64,000 nt of DNA from an uncultured Pseudomonadota bacterium (GCA_963836235.1 CAWIIP010000005.1:256001-320000); one strand, 5' to 3'. Numbered from the stretch's first letter, positions 46,096-58,150 are shown. Numbers and translations: made by a program. Notes: generated from the sequence alone by a model not told the origin.

Positions 46096-46764
46096 TCAGG
46101 AATGCGTTAGTTGCACCGTCGCGTCTAAAAGTTCCAACAGCCGTTGTTTCACTTCATTCCATTGTGCTCCGCCATCGCCGCTTTGCTTGGATTGCTGCCA
46201 GACCATGACCAATTGGGTCAGGATCTTGTCCCCTTCCGCGATCAAAGCCATGCGAATGGCCAAGTGACGGTTTTCTTCTTCTTGCTCAAGTTCTTCCTTC
46301 AACTTTTGGATCATCTGGTTTTGCGCTTCGGGACTCACCGCCGCCGCTTGAAGCGATGCCTTGATCTCCGCTTCCACCTTTTGCCGGATAGAAGATTCTA
46401 AAACTTTTAAAAGTTCATTGTTGTCCGTCGACACCATCATGGTTGCGGCTGGCGCGACGACCGCCACCGGGGCCGCCGGTGGAGTAAATTCCTTCCAATC
46501 CTCTTCCGACGCCAGTTCCGTCTTGATGCCTTTGCTATCCCCGAAAATCATGGGCATGAATTCGTTTATCTTATCATGATAAACTTTCAGTCCAACTTCC
46601 ATTTCCTTCAAATCATCCACGTTTTTGGCGTAAATCACCAAGTTATATCTGGTCAGTTCCTTAACCCGGGCCGCTTTGAGGTGGTCGTGGAGACGCGGTT
46701 CCCGGACTTGGAGGAGCTTGCAGAACGCATCCCACTGGTTTTGGACTTCAACTGCGGCGGCCAT
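46096..46764 (-). CDS. Hypothetical protein (possible DnaA-domain-I-like N-terminus plus coiled coil)
   Basis: GGGAG RBS then ATG 46764; Ala/Pro linker; helical C-terminus. Confidence 0.7.
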   Translation of the reverse strand: MAAAVEVQNQWDAFCKLLQVREPRLHDHLKAARVKELTRYNLVIYAKNVDDLKEMEVGLKVYHDKINEFMPMIFGDSKGIKTELASEEDWKEFTPPAAPVAVVAPAATMMVSTDNNELLKVLESSIRQKVEAEIKASLQAAAVSPEAQNQMIQKLKEELEQEEENRHLAIRMALIAEGDKILTQLVMVWQQSKQSGDGGAQWNEVKQRLLELLDATVQLTHS

Positions 46765-48329
46765 AGGGGCTCCCAATGATTTTCTCTTAACTGCCGCAAT
46801 AAACGCGGAAGATACGGCAAAAGATCCCCCGCCAACAACCCGTCGGGACCCAACCTCCGGCTGGCTTTCTCGCCCGCCAAGCCGTGAATATAAACCCCAG
46901 TAGTAGCCGCGTCAAAGGGTGAAAGACGTTGGGCCAGCAGCCCGCCGATGATTCCAGACAAGACATCCCCGGTGCCTCCGGTCGCCAGTCCACGGTTTCC
47001 GGTGGGGTTGATTCGAACCTCTCCCTGGGGATTGGCAATGACAGTGAATCTTCCTTTTAAAACAACGGTCACATTATAGCCTTGGGCAATATGCTTCGCA
47101 ACTTTAACACGGTTTTGTTCCACCTCGTTTATAGTCGTTTTCAACAGCCAAGCGGCTTCTCCCGGATGGGGCGTTAAAATAGCGGGTGCCCTCAAAGCTT
47201 TAAAGATGTCTAATTGTCCCCCCAACAGGTTGAGGGCGTCGGCATCCACCACCATAGGAACAGTGAGTTTGGTCAGGAGTTCCCTTAAGAGTTGTCCTGT
47301 CTCGCGATGGCGGCCAATCCCTGGCCCGATCACGATCGAATTCACATTGGTGGTGAGATGAAGAATTCTTCCTGTGGCTTTCAGGGAAAGAAAGCCTCCC
47401 TCCACTTCCGGTACCGGCGCTGTCATGGGTTCAGTGAGTTTCACCGACATAATTGGAATCAAGCTTTCTGGGCAGGCCACGGTGACCAATCCCGCGCCGA
47501 TCCGTTGGGCTCCATAAGCGCTTAGGGCCGCCGCACCCGTCAACCCCGTCGCACCGGCAACGATCACGACCCGTCCACGAGTTCCTTTATGGGTATTCTC
47601 GTCATACTTTGGAAGGGATCTTTGTACTATAGAAATTTCCGAGACTTCATGCCTCAAGGAAGAATCAGTAAGAAGAGCTTCCGGAAATCCGATGTCTTCC
47701 ACGACGACCCGGCCCGTGTAGGTGGAGCCTATGGGAGTATAAAATCCGATCTTCGAAAGTCCGAAGGTGACCGTTAATTGAGCGGGTAAGGCTTCTCCCA
47801 TGGGGGCACCCGAATCAGCGGATAAACCAGAGGGGATATCCACCGCCGCAATGGACTTCCCAAGCGTTTTCACCATTTGAATCAGATCCCGGCAGATACC
47901 CTCGATAGGCCGAGAAAGGCCCGTCCCAAACAAAGCATCCACTAATAGATCGCATTCCTCCAAAGCCACCCGAACCGATTTCAAGCCATCGGCGTTGGTT
48001 AAAGGGATAAGGGGAACTTTTGCCGCCTTAGCTTTTTGAAATTGTTTGAGTGGTTCACCTGACAGGTCCTCCTCTTCACCCGTAAGAATCACCACCACAC
48101 TGGCTTTTTTTTGTTTCAAGAGGCGGGCGGTAACAAGCCCATCTCCCCCGTTGTTTCCTTTTCCACAAAGAACTCCAATGGTTTTATCCTCCAAATTACC
48201 CCAAGTTTCTTCCAGAACCTTAACCACGGCGCCACCCGCTTTTTCCATGAGTCCTGAAATGGATTGGCCATGCTCTTTTACTGCCAATTCATCGATTTTT
48301 CGCATGTCTTGTGCCGTGGCTAATTTCAT
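46653..48329 (-). CDS. nnr: Bifunctional NAD(P)HX epimerase/dehydratase
   Basis: LMEKAG, GKGNNGGDG, DALFGTG, DIPSG; HKGTRG, DADAL, TPHPGE, GGTGDVL. Confidence 0.95.
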   Translation of the reverse strand: MKLATAQDMRKIDELAVKEHGQSISGLMEKAGGAVVKVLEETWGNLEDKTIGVLCGKGNNGGDGLVTARLLKQKKASVVVILTGEEEDLSGEPLKQFQKAKAAKVPLIPLTNADGLKSVRVALEECDLLVDALFGTGLSRPIEGICRDLIQMVKTLGKSIAAVDIPSGLSADSGAPMGEALPAQLTVTFGLSKIGFYTPIGSTYTGRVVVEDIGFPEALLTDSSLRHEVSEISIVQRSLPKYDENTHKGTRGRVVIVAGATGLTGAAALSAYGAQRIGAGLVTVACPESLIPIMSVKLTEPMTAPVPEVEGGFLSLKATGRILHLTTNVNSIVIGPGIGRHRETGQLLRELLTKLTVPMVVDADALNLLGGQLDIFKALRAPAILTPHPGEAAWLLKTTINEVEQNRVKVAKHIAQGYNVTVVLKGRFTVIANPQGEVRINPTGNRGLATGGTGDVLSGIIGGLLAQRLSPFDAATTGVYIHGLAGEKASRRLGPDGLLAGDLLPYLPRLLRQLRENHWEPLWPPQLKSKTSGMRSASSSKSGNRVSTTTSKRPGLRN

Positions 48330-49849
48330 TTCAAGTTTCCTTTCCCCCGATTCGGAATGTGATAAACCCGGCTCCTAAAAAATTGGGGCACAAACCGATA
48401 AGCGACTGAGGCCGTGCGGTTTTGAAGGCTCGGGTCTTCCATGACATCGGTTAAAAGGGGAACCACCATGCTTTGATCCTCGTGGAGAGCCTCCGCCCCG
48501 TAGTCTTCCACTAAATGGTGATCGACATTATTGAGACGGGGTATGTAAAAGCTATGAAGCACGACATAATCACCGGGCTTGGGTTTAAATTGTGTGTTTT
48601 GCACCAGATAAGGCATGAGGGTCACTTTCCTTCCTGACCAATATTGGGTTTTAGGCAGCTCATCCGAATAAATGACCGCGTCCGCCGGGAGGTTTTTGAG
48701 GAATTCAGATGAACGCTTGATGTCCCCAAACGAATCGTTTTGGCTGATAAGCACGGCCGCCGAATAAAGGAAAAGCCATGACAGGCAGAGCGTCAAAAGC
48801 CCGTTCTTCATGAACATCACCCGTACCGCCCCGGAGCTTTTATCCAAACTTTCAAAAAAAGTTTCCAAATGAAACCCTGCGGCCAAAAGAAGCAAAGGCA
48901 AAAAAGGCATCATGTGCCGGTCTTGGTAAGTGGCGGGAATAAGGCGGGATATGAAAATTAAGACGTAGATTTGAAGGGTAACTTTTATAAAGGCCTCACC
49001 CTCGAGTCCCGGACGCCTCACCATCTTGGCCAAACCCAAAACGGCAAACCAGAAAACCAGGGGCGTGAATACATACAAAGGCTGGGACATATAAGCATAA
49101 AAGTGATCAATAAAATTCATGAAGGGAAACATAATGCGGCCTGGACCCTCGGTAAGCCCCATCCCTTCCCGATAAGCCCAAAGAAGGATTATTAGTTTTT
49201 GGCTTAAAAAATAAACCGGCGCCACCCAGGTCAATATCAGTCCCAATGCTCTTTTCCATGTATTGTCCTTGGAAAAACCGATACCTAAAACCAAAATCCA
49301 GGGAAGCAAAAGAATTCCCTCGGGACGGGTCAAGGCGGCGATGGCTCCGGCAAGGCAGGCTCCCCACCAGGCTCCCTCATTTTTTTCGACATAAACCACG
49401 GTGAGCCTTTCCAGGCACCACCAAAAGGCCGCCAGGAAAAGGGTGTCGGGCATGACCTTCAAGGACCATTGCCAAAGCAAGGGCGAGAACAGGGCCATGG
49501 AGCAAATGATCCCCGCCATTTCCATCGGCACCCAGCGCCGGGCGAGTTTCCATAAGGGGATCAAAAAGAGAATCCCCGCCAGGGAGGAAAGGATTCGTCC
49601 CCAAAACCAGCCAGAAATTCCCAATTGCTGCCCCAGCCATAAAAGGGCGGGATATCCCGGCATAATGACAAAGCGGGGAGTCTGCACCAAGTCAGGCGAG
49701 AAGTAAGTCAGACTTAACACCCCGTCGGTGGTCTCTGCCGAGGCCAGCTTGAGCATGGGTACGCGGACGAGAAGTCCTATGAAAGCGAGGAACCAAAACC
49801 ATTGGGTTGCGGTCAGTTGCCTGGGTTTGTAGGGCCTGGGCTCGGTCAT
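48326..49849 (-). CDS. GT-C fold (ArnT/PMT-like) integral membrane glycosyltransferase
   Basis: About 11 TM helices; ETTDG acidic first loop, PGYP, TRPEG, DRHMMP. Confidence 0.75.
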   Translation of the reverse strand: MTEPRPYKPRQLTATQWFWFLAFIGLLVRVPMLKLASAETTDGVLSLTYFSPDLVQTPRFVIMPGYPALLWLGQQLGISGWFWGRILSSLAGILFLIPLWKLARRWVPMEMAGIICSMALFSPLLWQWSLKVMPDTLFLAAFWWCLERLTVVYVEKNEGAWWGACLAGAIAALTRPEGILLLPWILVLGIGFSKDNTWKRALGLILTWVAPVYFLSQKLIILLWAYREGMGLTEGPGRIMFPFMNFIDHFYAYMSQPLYVFTPLVFWFAVLGLAKMVRRPGLEGEAFIKVTLQIYVLIFISRLIPATYQDRHMMPFLPLLLLAAGFHLETFFESLDKSSGAVRVMFMKNGLLTLCLSWLFLYSAAVLISQNDSFGDIKRSSEFLKNLPADAVIYSDELPKTQYWSGRKVTLMPYLVQNTQFKPKPGDYVVLHSFYIPRLNNVDHHLVEDYGAEALHEDQSMVVPLLTDVMEDPSLQNRTASVAYRFVPQFFRSRVYHIPNRGKGNLK

Positions 49850-50244
49850 TTTCTCTTTCCAGACTGAGTGGATTCGAATATCACGGTGGCGGTGGCGTCC
49901 CTTTTGCTGTGGGCAATGGTCAAATGCATTTGGTTGATTTTTCGTTGAGCCCGAAGCTTTTCCATGATGCCCGTCAACTTCAGCGCTGGTTTCCCGCTAG
50001 GTTCACGGACAACCTCAATTTGTGTCCATTTCCAACGGCTACCGAAACCATGGCTGAAAGCCTTGATGACAGCTTCTTTCGCGGCAAAACGACCGGACAG
50101 GGAAGGATAAGGATCTTTTTTCCGAAGACAGTACTGGGCCTCACCGGGAGTAAAAAGACGGTCAATAAAGCGTTGGCCATGTTTCAAATGGGCCCGCTTC
50201 ACCCTATCAATTTCAATCAAATCCACACCCAATCCAATAATCAT
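49846..50244 (-). CDS. acpS: Holo-ACP synthase
   Basis: GLGVDLIEI, RFAAKEA, GKP, TIAH. Confidence 0.95.
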   Translation of the reverse strand: MIIGLGVDLIEIDRVKRAHLKHGQRFIDRLFTPGEAQYCLRKKDPYPSLSGRFAAKEAVIKAFSHGFGSRWKWTQIEVVREPSGKPALKLTGIMEKLRAQRKINQMHLTIAHSKRDATATVIFESTQSGKRK

Positions 50245-50310
50245 GTTGCATACCTTTTGTTACAAGAACAGTGAATCCATTTTATCTTTACGCCGGATCG
50301 AAATCCAAGG

Positions 50311-50670
50311 TTACCTGGAAGATGATGGAAATCGCACCCAAATCTTGCCGTTTTCGGTTTTGACCTCATATACCCCAATCCGGTCGCCAGATAGGCCTTT
50401 GGTGGCCATACCGGTAGCTAGGTCGAAAGTCCATTGGTGGAGGGGGCAGACGACATTGTTGCCGAAGAAGGTTCCCCGGCCCAAATAGCCCCCCACGTGG
50501 GGGCAGTCGTTATCAAAGGCGTAGATTTTTCCGTACCGTTTGGCGAGCGTGATCCGGCGGCCCTTGATCGTCACGATCTCCATGCTATTGTCGGCCAGGG
50601 AAGTTTCATCAAAGACTTCATGAAAAGCGGAGGGACTATCGGGGTTCAAGCGTGGCTCCCGGAAAGGCAA
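50311..50670 (-). CDS. Rieske [2Fe-2S] ferredoxin
   Basis: CPH...CPLHQWTFDL. Confidence 0.92.
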   Translation of the reverse strand: MPFREPRLNPDSPSAFHEVFDETSLADNSMEIVTIKGRRITLAKRYGKIYAFDNDCPHVGGYLGRGTFFGNNVVCPLHQWTFDLATGMATKGLSGDRIGVYEVKTENGKIWVRFPSSSR

Positions 50671-50672
50671 TC

Positions 50673-51095
50673 TTATTTTTTGAGGGCTTTGGCTTCCTCG
50701 ACGACTTTCAACCGGGCCTTAGCGCGGGCTAGGGTGAGCTTGGCCGTTTCGAGTTCGGACACCGTCTTCTTGGACAAAATTAATTCTTCGGCTTCTCTCT
50801 GGTCCTTTTGGGCTTCCTGCACATCGATCTCTTCGGCCTTGGTGTACCCTTCCGCCAACACGATGACCGAGTTATCGTGGATTTCGGCGAATCCGCCGGC
50901 TAAGTAGTAAAGATCACGAACTTGCCCCCCCTTCACCACCCTCATGGGCCCCGGTTTGAGGGCAGCCAACAGGGACATATGCTGGGCCAAAACCCCGAAT
51001 TCACCCATTTCGCCCGGAAGAATAACGGTCGTTACTTCTTCCGTCAGGGAAGAATGGAAGGGTGCTACCACTTGAAGTTTAAAAGTCTTGGACAT
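50673..51095 (-). CDS. atpC: ATP synthase F1 epsilon subunit
   Basis: PGEMGEFGVLAQH, GGFAEI; operon position. Confidence 0.95.
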   Translation of the reverse strand: MSKTFKLQVVAPFHSSLTEEVTTVILPGEMGEFGVLAQHMSLLAALKPGPMRVVKGGQVRDLYYLAGGFAEIHDNSVIVLAEGYTKAEEIDVQEAQKDQREAEELILSKKTVSELETAKLTLARAKARLKVVEEAKALKK

Positions 51096-51195
51096 AACCA
51101 TCCTCAAAATAAGGTTTTGAGTTAAGGAAAGGTTTTTAATCCCTGATTAAAAACCTTATTTATCACTCAGAACTTAAAATTCAAAACTATTTTTC

Positions 51196-52626
<1,431 letters not shown>

Positions 52627-52648
52627 TTAAAATTCAAAATCGCTTTTA

Positions 52649-53512
52649 CTACAGTGCGGCTGCCCCACCCACGATTTCAGCCAATTCCTTAGTGATCATG
52701 GCCTGCCGGGCACGGTTAAATTCCAGTGTCAGTTTCGATATCATCTCCGAGGCGTTTTTACTGGCCGATTCCATGGCGTTTCGCTTGGCCCCCATTTCAG
52801 AGGAAAAGCTTTCTAATAAATAACGGTGGATTTGGGTGGCTAGATATTGGGAAATTAATTTTTCCACGATCGTTTCAATGTCCGGTTCAAACTCGAAATC
52901 GCCTCCGATGTAATTAGGAGTCTTGCCTTCGCCGGGAAGCTCCTGAACCTTGATCGGCAGCAAGGCGGCTAATGTCACTTTTTGGTTGAGAACGCTTTTG
53001 AACTCGGTGTAAAGCACGTGAATCGATTTGTATTTTTCGGTGATGAACAGGGTTTCGATTTCATCACGCATTTCCAATACCGTCTCATAGGGGACGCGAG
53101 GAAAGACCGAAAGCCATTCCCGGTGGATGGGGACGTTCCGCCGTTTGAAAAAATCCCTCCCCTTTTTGCCGACAGTCAATAATACGGTGCCCGGATTTTC
53201 CCGTAAATAGGCTTGGGCCTGGCGGAACACGTTGGTATTAAAGCTTCCGCAAAGGCCCCGGTCCGCGGTGATGACCATCAGAGCCGTCTTTCCTTCCTCC
53301 CGAACGGTCAAAAGGGGATGCACATCCTGGGCGGCTTTTTGGGCAAGGTTTTGCATCACGTCTGCCATTCGCTGGGCGAAGGGCCTTGCCCCCAAAATAC
53401 GTTCCTGGGCGCGTTTCAACCGGGCCGTCGCCACCATTTTCATGGCCTTCGTGATCTGTCCGATATTCTTGACGCTCTTAATGCGTGTTTTAATTTCTTT
53501 AATCTGCGCCAC
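52649..53512 (-). CDS. atpG: ATP synthase F1 gamma subunit
   Basis: ITKAMKMVA, DRGLCG, RQAMITKEL. Confidence 0.98.
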   Translation of the reverse strand: MAQIKEIKTRIKSVKNIGQITKAMKMVATARLKRAQERILGARPFAQRMADVMQNLAQKAAQDVHPLLTVREEGKTALMVITADRGLCGSFNTNVFRQAQAYLRENPGTVLLTVGKKGRDFFKRRNVPIHREWLSVFPRVPYETVLEMRDEIETLFITEKYKSIHVLYTEFKSVLNQKVTLAALLPIKVQELPGEGKTPNYIGGDFEFEPDIETIVEKLISQYLATQIHRYLLESFSSEMGAKRNAMESASKNASEMISKLTLEFNRARQAMITKELAEIVGGAAAL

Positions 53513-53615
53513 GGCTTAACCTTTTGACCGCTGATGAGGATGATAAAAGCCGATACCGGATGGGGGGTTATCAGCATTTATCGGCCATTAGGAACGGTCC
53601 TACGTTTTAAAAGAC

Positions 53616-55127
53616 TCAATAAAAAGTTTTCGAAAATTCCTCGATGGCGACGGTTAACTTGGTTTTAGTATCATCGGTCAGGTCGTTCTTAGCCTTAATT
53701 TCCTTCAAAATCTCAGGCTGCTTGGACTTCAAGAAGGAAAGAAGCCCGGACTCAAAAGCTTTGACTTTGGTGACTGGCAAGGGATCTAGAAATCCATTAT
53801 TTGCGGCAAAAATGGCAGCCACTTGATCTTCCATTTCTACGGGGGCATATTGGGACTGCTTTAAAAGCTCCACTAGGCGCGCTCCCCGGTTTAATTGAGC
53901 CATCGAGGATTTATCCAATTCCGCCCCAAATTGGGCGAAAGCCGCTAATTCGTTATATTGCGCCATATCCAGCTTGAGTTTCCCCGCCACCTTCTTGGTG
54001 GCCTTGGTTTGGGCATTCCCCCCCACGCGGGAAACGGAAATTCCGACGTTGATAGCTGGCCGGATACCGGAATAGAAAAGATTGGACTCCAGAAATATTT
54101 GCCCATCAGTGATGGAAATCACGTTAGTGGGGATGTAAGCCGTCACGTCGCCCGCCTGAGTTTCAATAATGGGAAGGGCTGTCAAGGAGCCGCCTCCCAA
54201 TTTTTCATTCAGTTTGCAGGCGCGTTCCAAAAGACGTGAATGAAGGTAGAAAACGTCGCCCGGATAAGCCTCGCGGCCGGGCGGACGGCGCAAAAGCAAG
54301 GATAACTCACGGTAGGCTACGGCCTGCTTGGACAAATCATCATAGACCACCAAGGCATGGCCCCCGTTATAGGTGAATTCCTCAGCGATGGCGCAACCGG
54401 CATAAGGAGCAATGTACTGCAGGGGCGCCGGATCGGAAGCGGTTGCCGAAACAATGATGCAATAGTTGAGGGCATCGTGCTCCTCCAGGGTGCGGACGAC
54501 TTGGGCGACCGTGGATTTCTTTTGGCCAATCGCCACGTAAACGCACATGACGTTCTTGCCCTTCAAGTTCAAGATGGCGTCAATAGCCACGGCGGTCTTC
54601 CCCGTTTGGCGGTCACCGATGATAAGTTCGCGTTGCCCGCGGCCGATGGGGATCATGCAGTCGATGGCCTTGATGCCCGTTTGCAGTGGCTCCTTCACTG
54701 GTTGGCGTTGCACCACTCCCGGCGCTTTGATTTCCAAACGGCGGCTGGAGGAGGCTTTCAAGGGTCCTTTTCCATCCAATGGCTGACCCAAGGGATTAAC
54801 CACACGGCCCAGGAGTTCCTTGCCCGTGGGCACCTCGGCGATTCGGCCGGTCAAATGCACCGGGTCACCTTCATTGACTTTTTGAGTTTCGCCCATTAAA
54901 ACCGCGCCCACCGAGTCGGTTTCCAGGTTGAAGGCAATACCGTAAACTTCATTGGGAAATTTGAGAAGCTCACCAGCCATGGCGTTCTTGAGCCCATAAA
55001 TGACGGCCACGCCGTCACCCACTTTCAGAACCTCGCCCACTTGGGCCAGTTCCGCTTCGGGCTTGAACTCTTCGATCCTGGACTTGAGGATCTTGGTTAC
55101 TTCATCCGCTTGAATTGCCACTTCCAT
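53616..55127 (-). CDS. atpA: ATP synthase F1 alpha subunit
   Basis: [31 protein letters not shown]. Confidence 0.99.
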   Translation of the reverse strand: MEVAIQADEVTKILKSRIEEFKPEAELAQVGEVLKVGDGVAVIYGLKNAMAGELLKFPNEVYGIAFNLETDSVGAVLMGETQKVNEGDPVHLTGRIAEVPTGKELLGRVVNPLGQPLDGKGPLKASSSRRLEIKAPGVVQRQPVKEPLQTGIKAIDCMIPIGRGQRELIIGDRQTGKTAVAIDAILNLKGKNVMCVYVAIGQKKSTVAQVVRTLEEHDALNYCIIVSATASDPAPLQYIAPYAGCAIAEEFTYNGGHALVVYDDLSKQAVAYRELSLLLRRPPGREAYPGDVFYLHSRLLERACKLNEKLGGGSLTALPIIETQAGDVTAYIPTNVISITDGQIFLESNLFYSGIRPAINVGISVSRVGGNAQTKATKKVAGKLKLDMAQYNELAAFAQFGAELDKSSMAQLNRGARLVELLKQSQYAPVEMEDQVAAIFAANNGFLDPLPVTKVKAFESGLLSFLKSKQPEILKEIKAKNDLTDDTKTKLTVAIEEFSKTFY

Positions 55128-55136
55128 CCTCCGGTA

Positions 55137-55682
55137 TTATTCAATTTCCACTTTCAACAGCCTCTGTTTCATGCGTTCCAACTGGCCCAATACGCTTCCA
55201 TCCATGCGCTGGTCGCCCAAGTAAATCATTATTCCGCCGATCAAATCCGGCTTCACTTCTTCTTTTAGTTCCACCGCGACCCCAAACATTTGGGACAGCT
55301 TTTCAGTCAATGTCTTTTTTTGATCCGCGGCCAGAGGCAGGGCCGTCAAGACCCGGGCAATGGCTTTGCCCTTCATTTGATATAGAAGCCGCTCGTAATG
55401 GTCCGCCACCGCCTTTAAGTGCTTAATGCGTTTTTTCATGATCAAAAGCATGAGAAAGTTTTCCATGGTCGCGGATAACTTCTCGCCCAAGAAGCCTCTC
55501 AGGGCCGTCAATTTTTCCACGGTTTTTACCCGGGGATGCTCCAAGGTGGTTTTAAGGCCGGCGTTTTGCTCCACAAGCTTTTGGATCGATTGAATTTCAG
55601 CGCCGATCGCGTCAACCGTTTTCTGTTCCTGGGCTACCTGTAAAAGCGCCACCGCATATTTTTCCGCGATAACCGATTCCAT
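55137..55682 (-). CDS. atpH: ATP synthase F1 delta subunit
   Basis: KYAVAL, LIGG...DGS; operon position. Confidence 0.95.
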   Translation of the reverse strand: MESVIAEKYAVALLQVAQEQKTVDAIGAEIQSIQKLVEQNAGLKTTLEHPRVKTVEKLTALRGFLGEKLSATMENFLMLLIMKKRIKHLKAVADHYERLLYQMKGKAIARVLTALPLAADQKKTLTEKLSQMFGVAVELKEEVKPDLIGGIMIYLGDQRMDGSVLGQLERMKQRLLKVEIE

Positions 55683-55720
55683 ATTATTTTTCTCCCGCCA
55701 ACGTCTGAAATTCGCCTCGA

Positions 55721-56209
55721 TCAGTTCTTTCGGGCGCCCAATTCCTTAACGCCTTCTTGGACTAATTTTTCCTGTGCCTTCACATCCACGGATGATCGGA
55801 GGATCTTTTCCGCGATCGCGACCGCCATATTCCCAACCTCTTTTTGAAGCGACTGAGTCACGGCTAGGCGTTCACTTTCAATGGCTTTCCGGGCCTCCAG
55901 AAGGATCAGTTCCGCTTCCTTGCGGGCAGCCTGGATCACTTCGTCCCTAGAATGGGCCGCATCCTGCCGGGTGCGCTGCAAAATATCAGCTGTATTCTGT
56001 TCCAATTCTCTCACTTTTTTATCGAAATCGGACTTAAGCGTTTCCGCTTCTTTTTGCCGCTTTTCCGCTGTGGCAAGCTGCTCCTCAATGCGTTTTTGGC
56101 GGCTTTCCATCCATCCCTTTAATTGTGGAAGAAAAATCTTGGAGGAGAGCCACATTCCTGCGACAAAAGTCGCCAACTGTAGGAGAAATACATTCAGGTT
56201 AAATTCCAT
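55721..56209 (-). CDS. atpF: ATP synthase Fo subunit b
   Basis: N-terminal TM helix plus charged coiled coil; operon position. Confidence 0.93.
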   Translation of the reverse strand: MEFNLNVFLLQLATFVAGMWLSSKIFLPQLKGWMESRQKRIEEQLATAEKRQKEAETLKSDFDKKVRELEQNTADILQRTRQDAAHSRDEVIQAARKEAELILLEARKAIESERLAVTQSLQKEVGNMAVAIAEKILRSSVDVKAQEKLVQEGVKELGARKN

Positions 56210-56277
56210 GGTTTCCCTTTTCTTCAAGTTCAAAAAATCCAGGTGTTTTTAAACCCCGGAACGGATTTCTTTGTTCG

Positions 56278-56631
56278 TTAATTAATGAACAAATCTTTAA
56301 ACGGGTTCGCGTAGATTAAAATCATAGCGACCGCCAAAGCATAAATACAAAGGGATTCGATAAAAGCCAAACCGATGAACATATTGGTCTGGATCGTGTT
56401 CACCATCTCCGGCTGGCGGGCCATGGCTTCCAGCGCCTTGCCCACCGCCGTCCCCTGGCCGATTCCAGTACCGATGGCTCCCAATCCGATGGCCAATCCG
56501 GCCCCCAGCATCGTCATGCCGAAAAACCAAACGCTTCCATCCGCCGCTTTTCCTGTCTGGCCTGCCCAAACCACGCCATTGACCGTCAAAAAAACTGCCA
56601 TCAACGCAACCACCGTCAAAAACCTTTTCAT
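56278..56631 (-). CDS. atpE: ATP synthase Fo subunit c with N-terminal leader-like extension
   Basis: GIGQG, ARQPE, FIESLCIY. Confidence 0.97.
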   Translation of the reverse strand: MKRFLTVVALMAVFLTVNGVVWAGQTGKAADGSVWFFGMTMLGAGLAIGLGAIGTGIGQGTAVGKALEAMARQPEMVNTIQTNMFIGLAFIESLCIYALAVAMILIYANPFKDLFIN

Positions 56632-56720
56632 TTACGACTCCTTAAAAATGAATTCACGAATCTCCAAGTACAAGCGGGGGCGAGTCTTGGGGAATCCCGC
56701 TTGCGCGGGAACGTCTGCCG

Positions 56721-57548
56721 TCAACTGTGGGCGGGGGTTCCCTCCATGTTCGCTTCGCCATTCTCTTCGTGTTCCTGGATGGCCGCCCCAATGTAAACCA
56801 TGGAAAGAAACATAAACACAAAACCCTGGATGAAAGAAACGAAAACTCCCAACACAACGATCAAAACACGCAGGACGAAGGGGAACACGGCGAAAACTTT
56901 AAACACAGGAGAGATATTCCAAAGAATCACGACGAGGAGAATGGACACTCCCAGAATTTTTTCCTTCCCCATCATGTTTCCAAATAATCGCATGGTCAAC
57001 GAAACTGGTTTGACCAACTCCCCTACCAAATGGATGGCTGGCATCATAATGAGGAGTCCAAGAGAAATGGTACGCATCATGATCTTGAGCCAAAGAGGCG
57101 ACTTCGGGTCAACCACAATCGGCGGCGGGAGAAAGTGCGCCAGATACTTGCCTAACCCCTTTTCCTTGATACCGAAAAAGTGGCTGGAAAGAAAGACAAT
57201 CAAAGCCATTCCCACATTGACGTCCACTCGGCTCGTAGGCGACATGGACCCCGGAATAAGGCCCATCAAATTAGAAAAGAAAATAAAAAGGAAAAGATAA
57301 AAAAAGAGGGGGAAAAAGAATGTTGCGTGTTTCCCCACCAGGGGTTCGGACAGGCTTTGAACGAAATCCACGACCATCTCGAAAAAATTCTGTAACCCGG
57401 AAGGTACCAGTTTCATATTGCGGCAGGCCAATCCCAACAGGACCATCAAAAGAATGGAAACAAACCAGGAAATCGTCAAAGCGTTGATGGCGTTATTCAG
57501 CCCCAGAAAATGGAATGGAATAAATACCGGACTCTCGGCCGACTCCAT
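56721..57548 (-). CDS. atpB: ATP synthase Fo subunit a
   Basis: PSGLQNFFE, SNLMGLIP, SLTMRLFGN, IQGFVF. Confidence 0.96.
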   Translation of the reverse strand: MESAESPVFIPFHFLGLNNAINALTISWFVSILLMVLLGLACRNMKLVPSGLQNFFEMVVDFVQSLSEPLVGKHATFFFPLFFYLFLFIFFSNLMGLIPGSMSPTSRVDVNVGMALIVFLSSHFFGIKEKGLGKYLAHFLPPPIVVDPKSPLWLKIMMRTISLGLLIMMPAIHLVGELVKPVSLTMRLFGNMMGKEKILGVSILLVVILWNISPVFKVFAVFPFVLRVLIVVLGVFVSFIQGFVFMFLSMVYIGAAIQEHEENGEANMEGTPAHS

Positions 57549-57727
57549 AGCAGAAACCTTTCGTTGGTCATTCAACTTCTTAAAAGTGTGGGATGAGGGA
57601 TAGGTGTTCGAACAATGCTTTAACGAAAAAACTTTACAAAAAGCTTCGCAAAGCGGGGGTAGTCTAATGATTTCCCTGGGAATGGTCAACCCTGGACAAA
57701 ATAAAAAATATTTTTTTAATGTGGGTT

Positions 57728-58150
57728 TTACGGAGTTTTTGCGGGGGAACGGGATTGCCACTCGGCCAAACCTAAAACGACAAGAAACCAAATGTAGCTT
57801 CCCACTGCGGCTAAAAGACAAGCTATCGAAATGTATAAAAGAAAGCGACAAACACTTGCCAATACCATCCAGCGGATGATATTCCAAAACCAAAAACGCT
57901 TTCGACCCTTCTCTCCTAACTCCAAAATTTTCACAGTCAAAGACTGCAGCATATAAAGATTAAGGGTTGACAGAAGGCTCCCGATAAAAAACCCCAAGGC
58001 GATGTCTTTTTTTCCAAAAAAAAAGGTACCGATAGCCGCCCCCAGTCCCCCCACTAGATTCGCCACCACGACAAACAATATCCAATGCGAAGTTTGGCGC
58101 GAATCAGAAAGGGACTTGGCCCTGTAGCGGTTGAGGGCTGGAGTAGTCAT
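57728..58150 (-). CDS. atpI: ATP synthase protein I
   Basis: Four TM helices with a G...N pattern, directly upstream of atpB. Confidence 0.75.
   Translation of the reverse strand: MTTPALNRYRAKSLSDSRQTSHWILFVVVANLVGGLGAAIGTFFFGKKDIALGFFIGSLLSTLNLYMLQSLTVKILELGEKGRKRFWFWNIIRWMVLASVCRFLLYISIACLLAAVGSYIWFLVVLGLAEWQSRSPAKTP

Noticed and set aside
46653-46790. Nnr C-terminal extension overlapping the next gene by 112 bp
   Set aside because: The extension is not domain-like; probably stop-codon loss or an indel error rather than a functional overlap.
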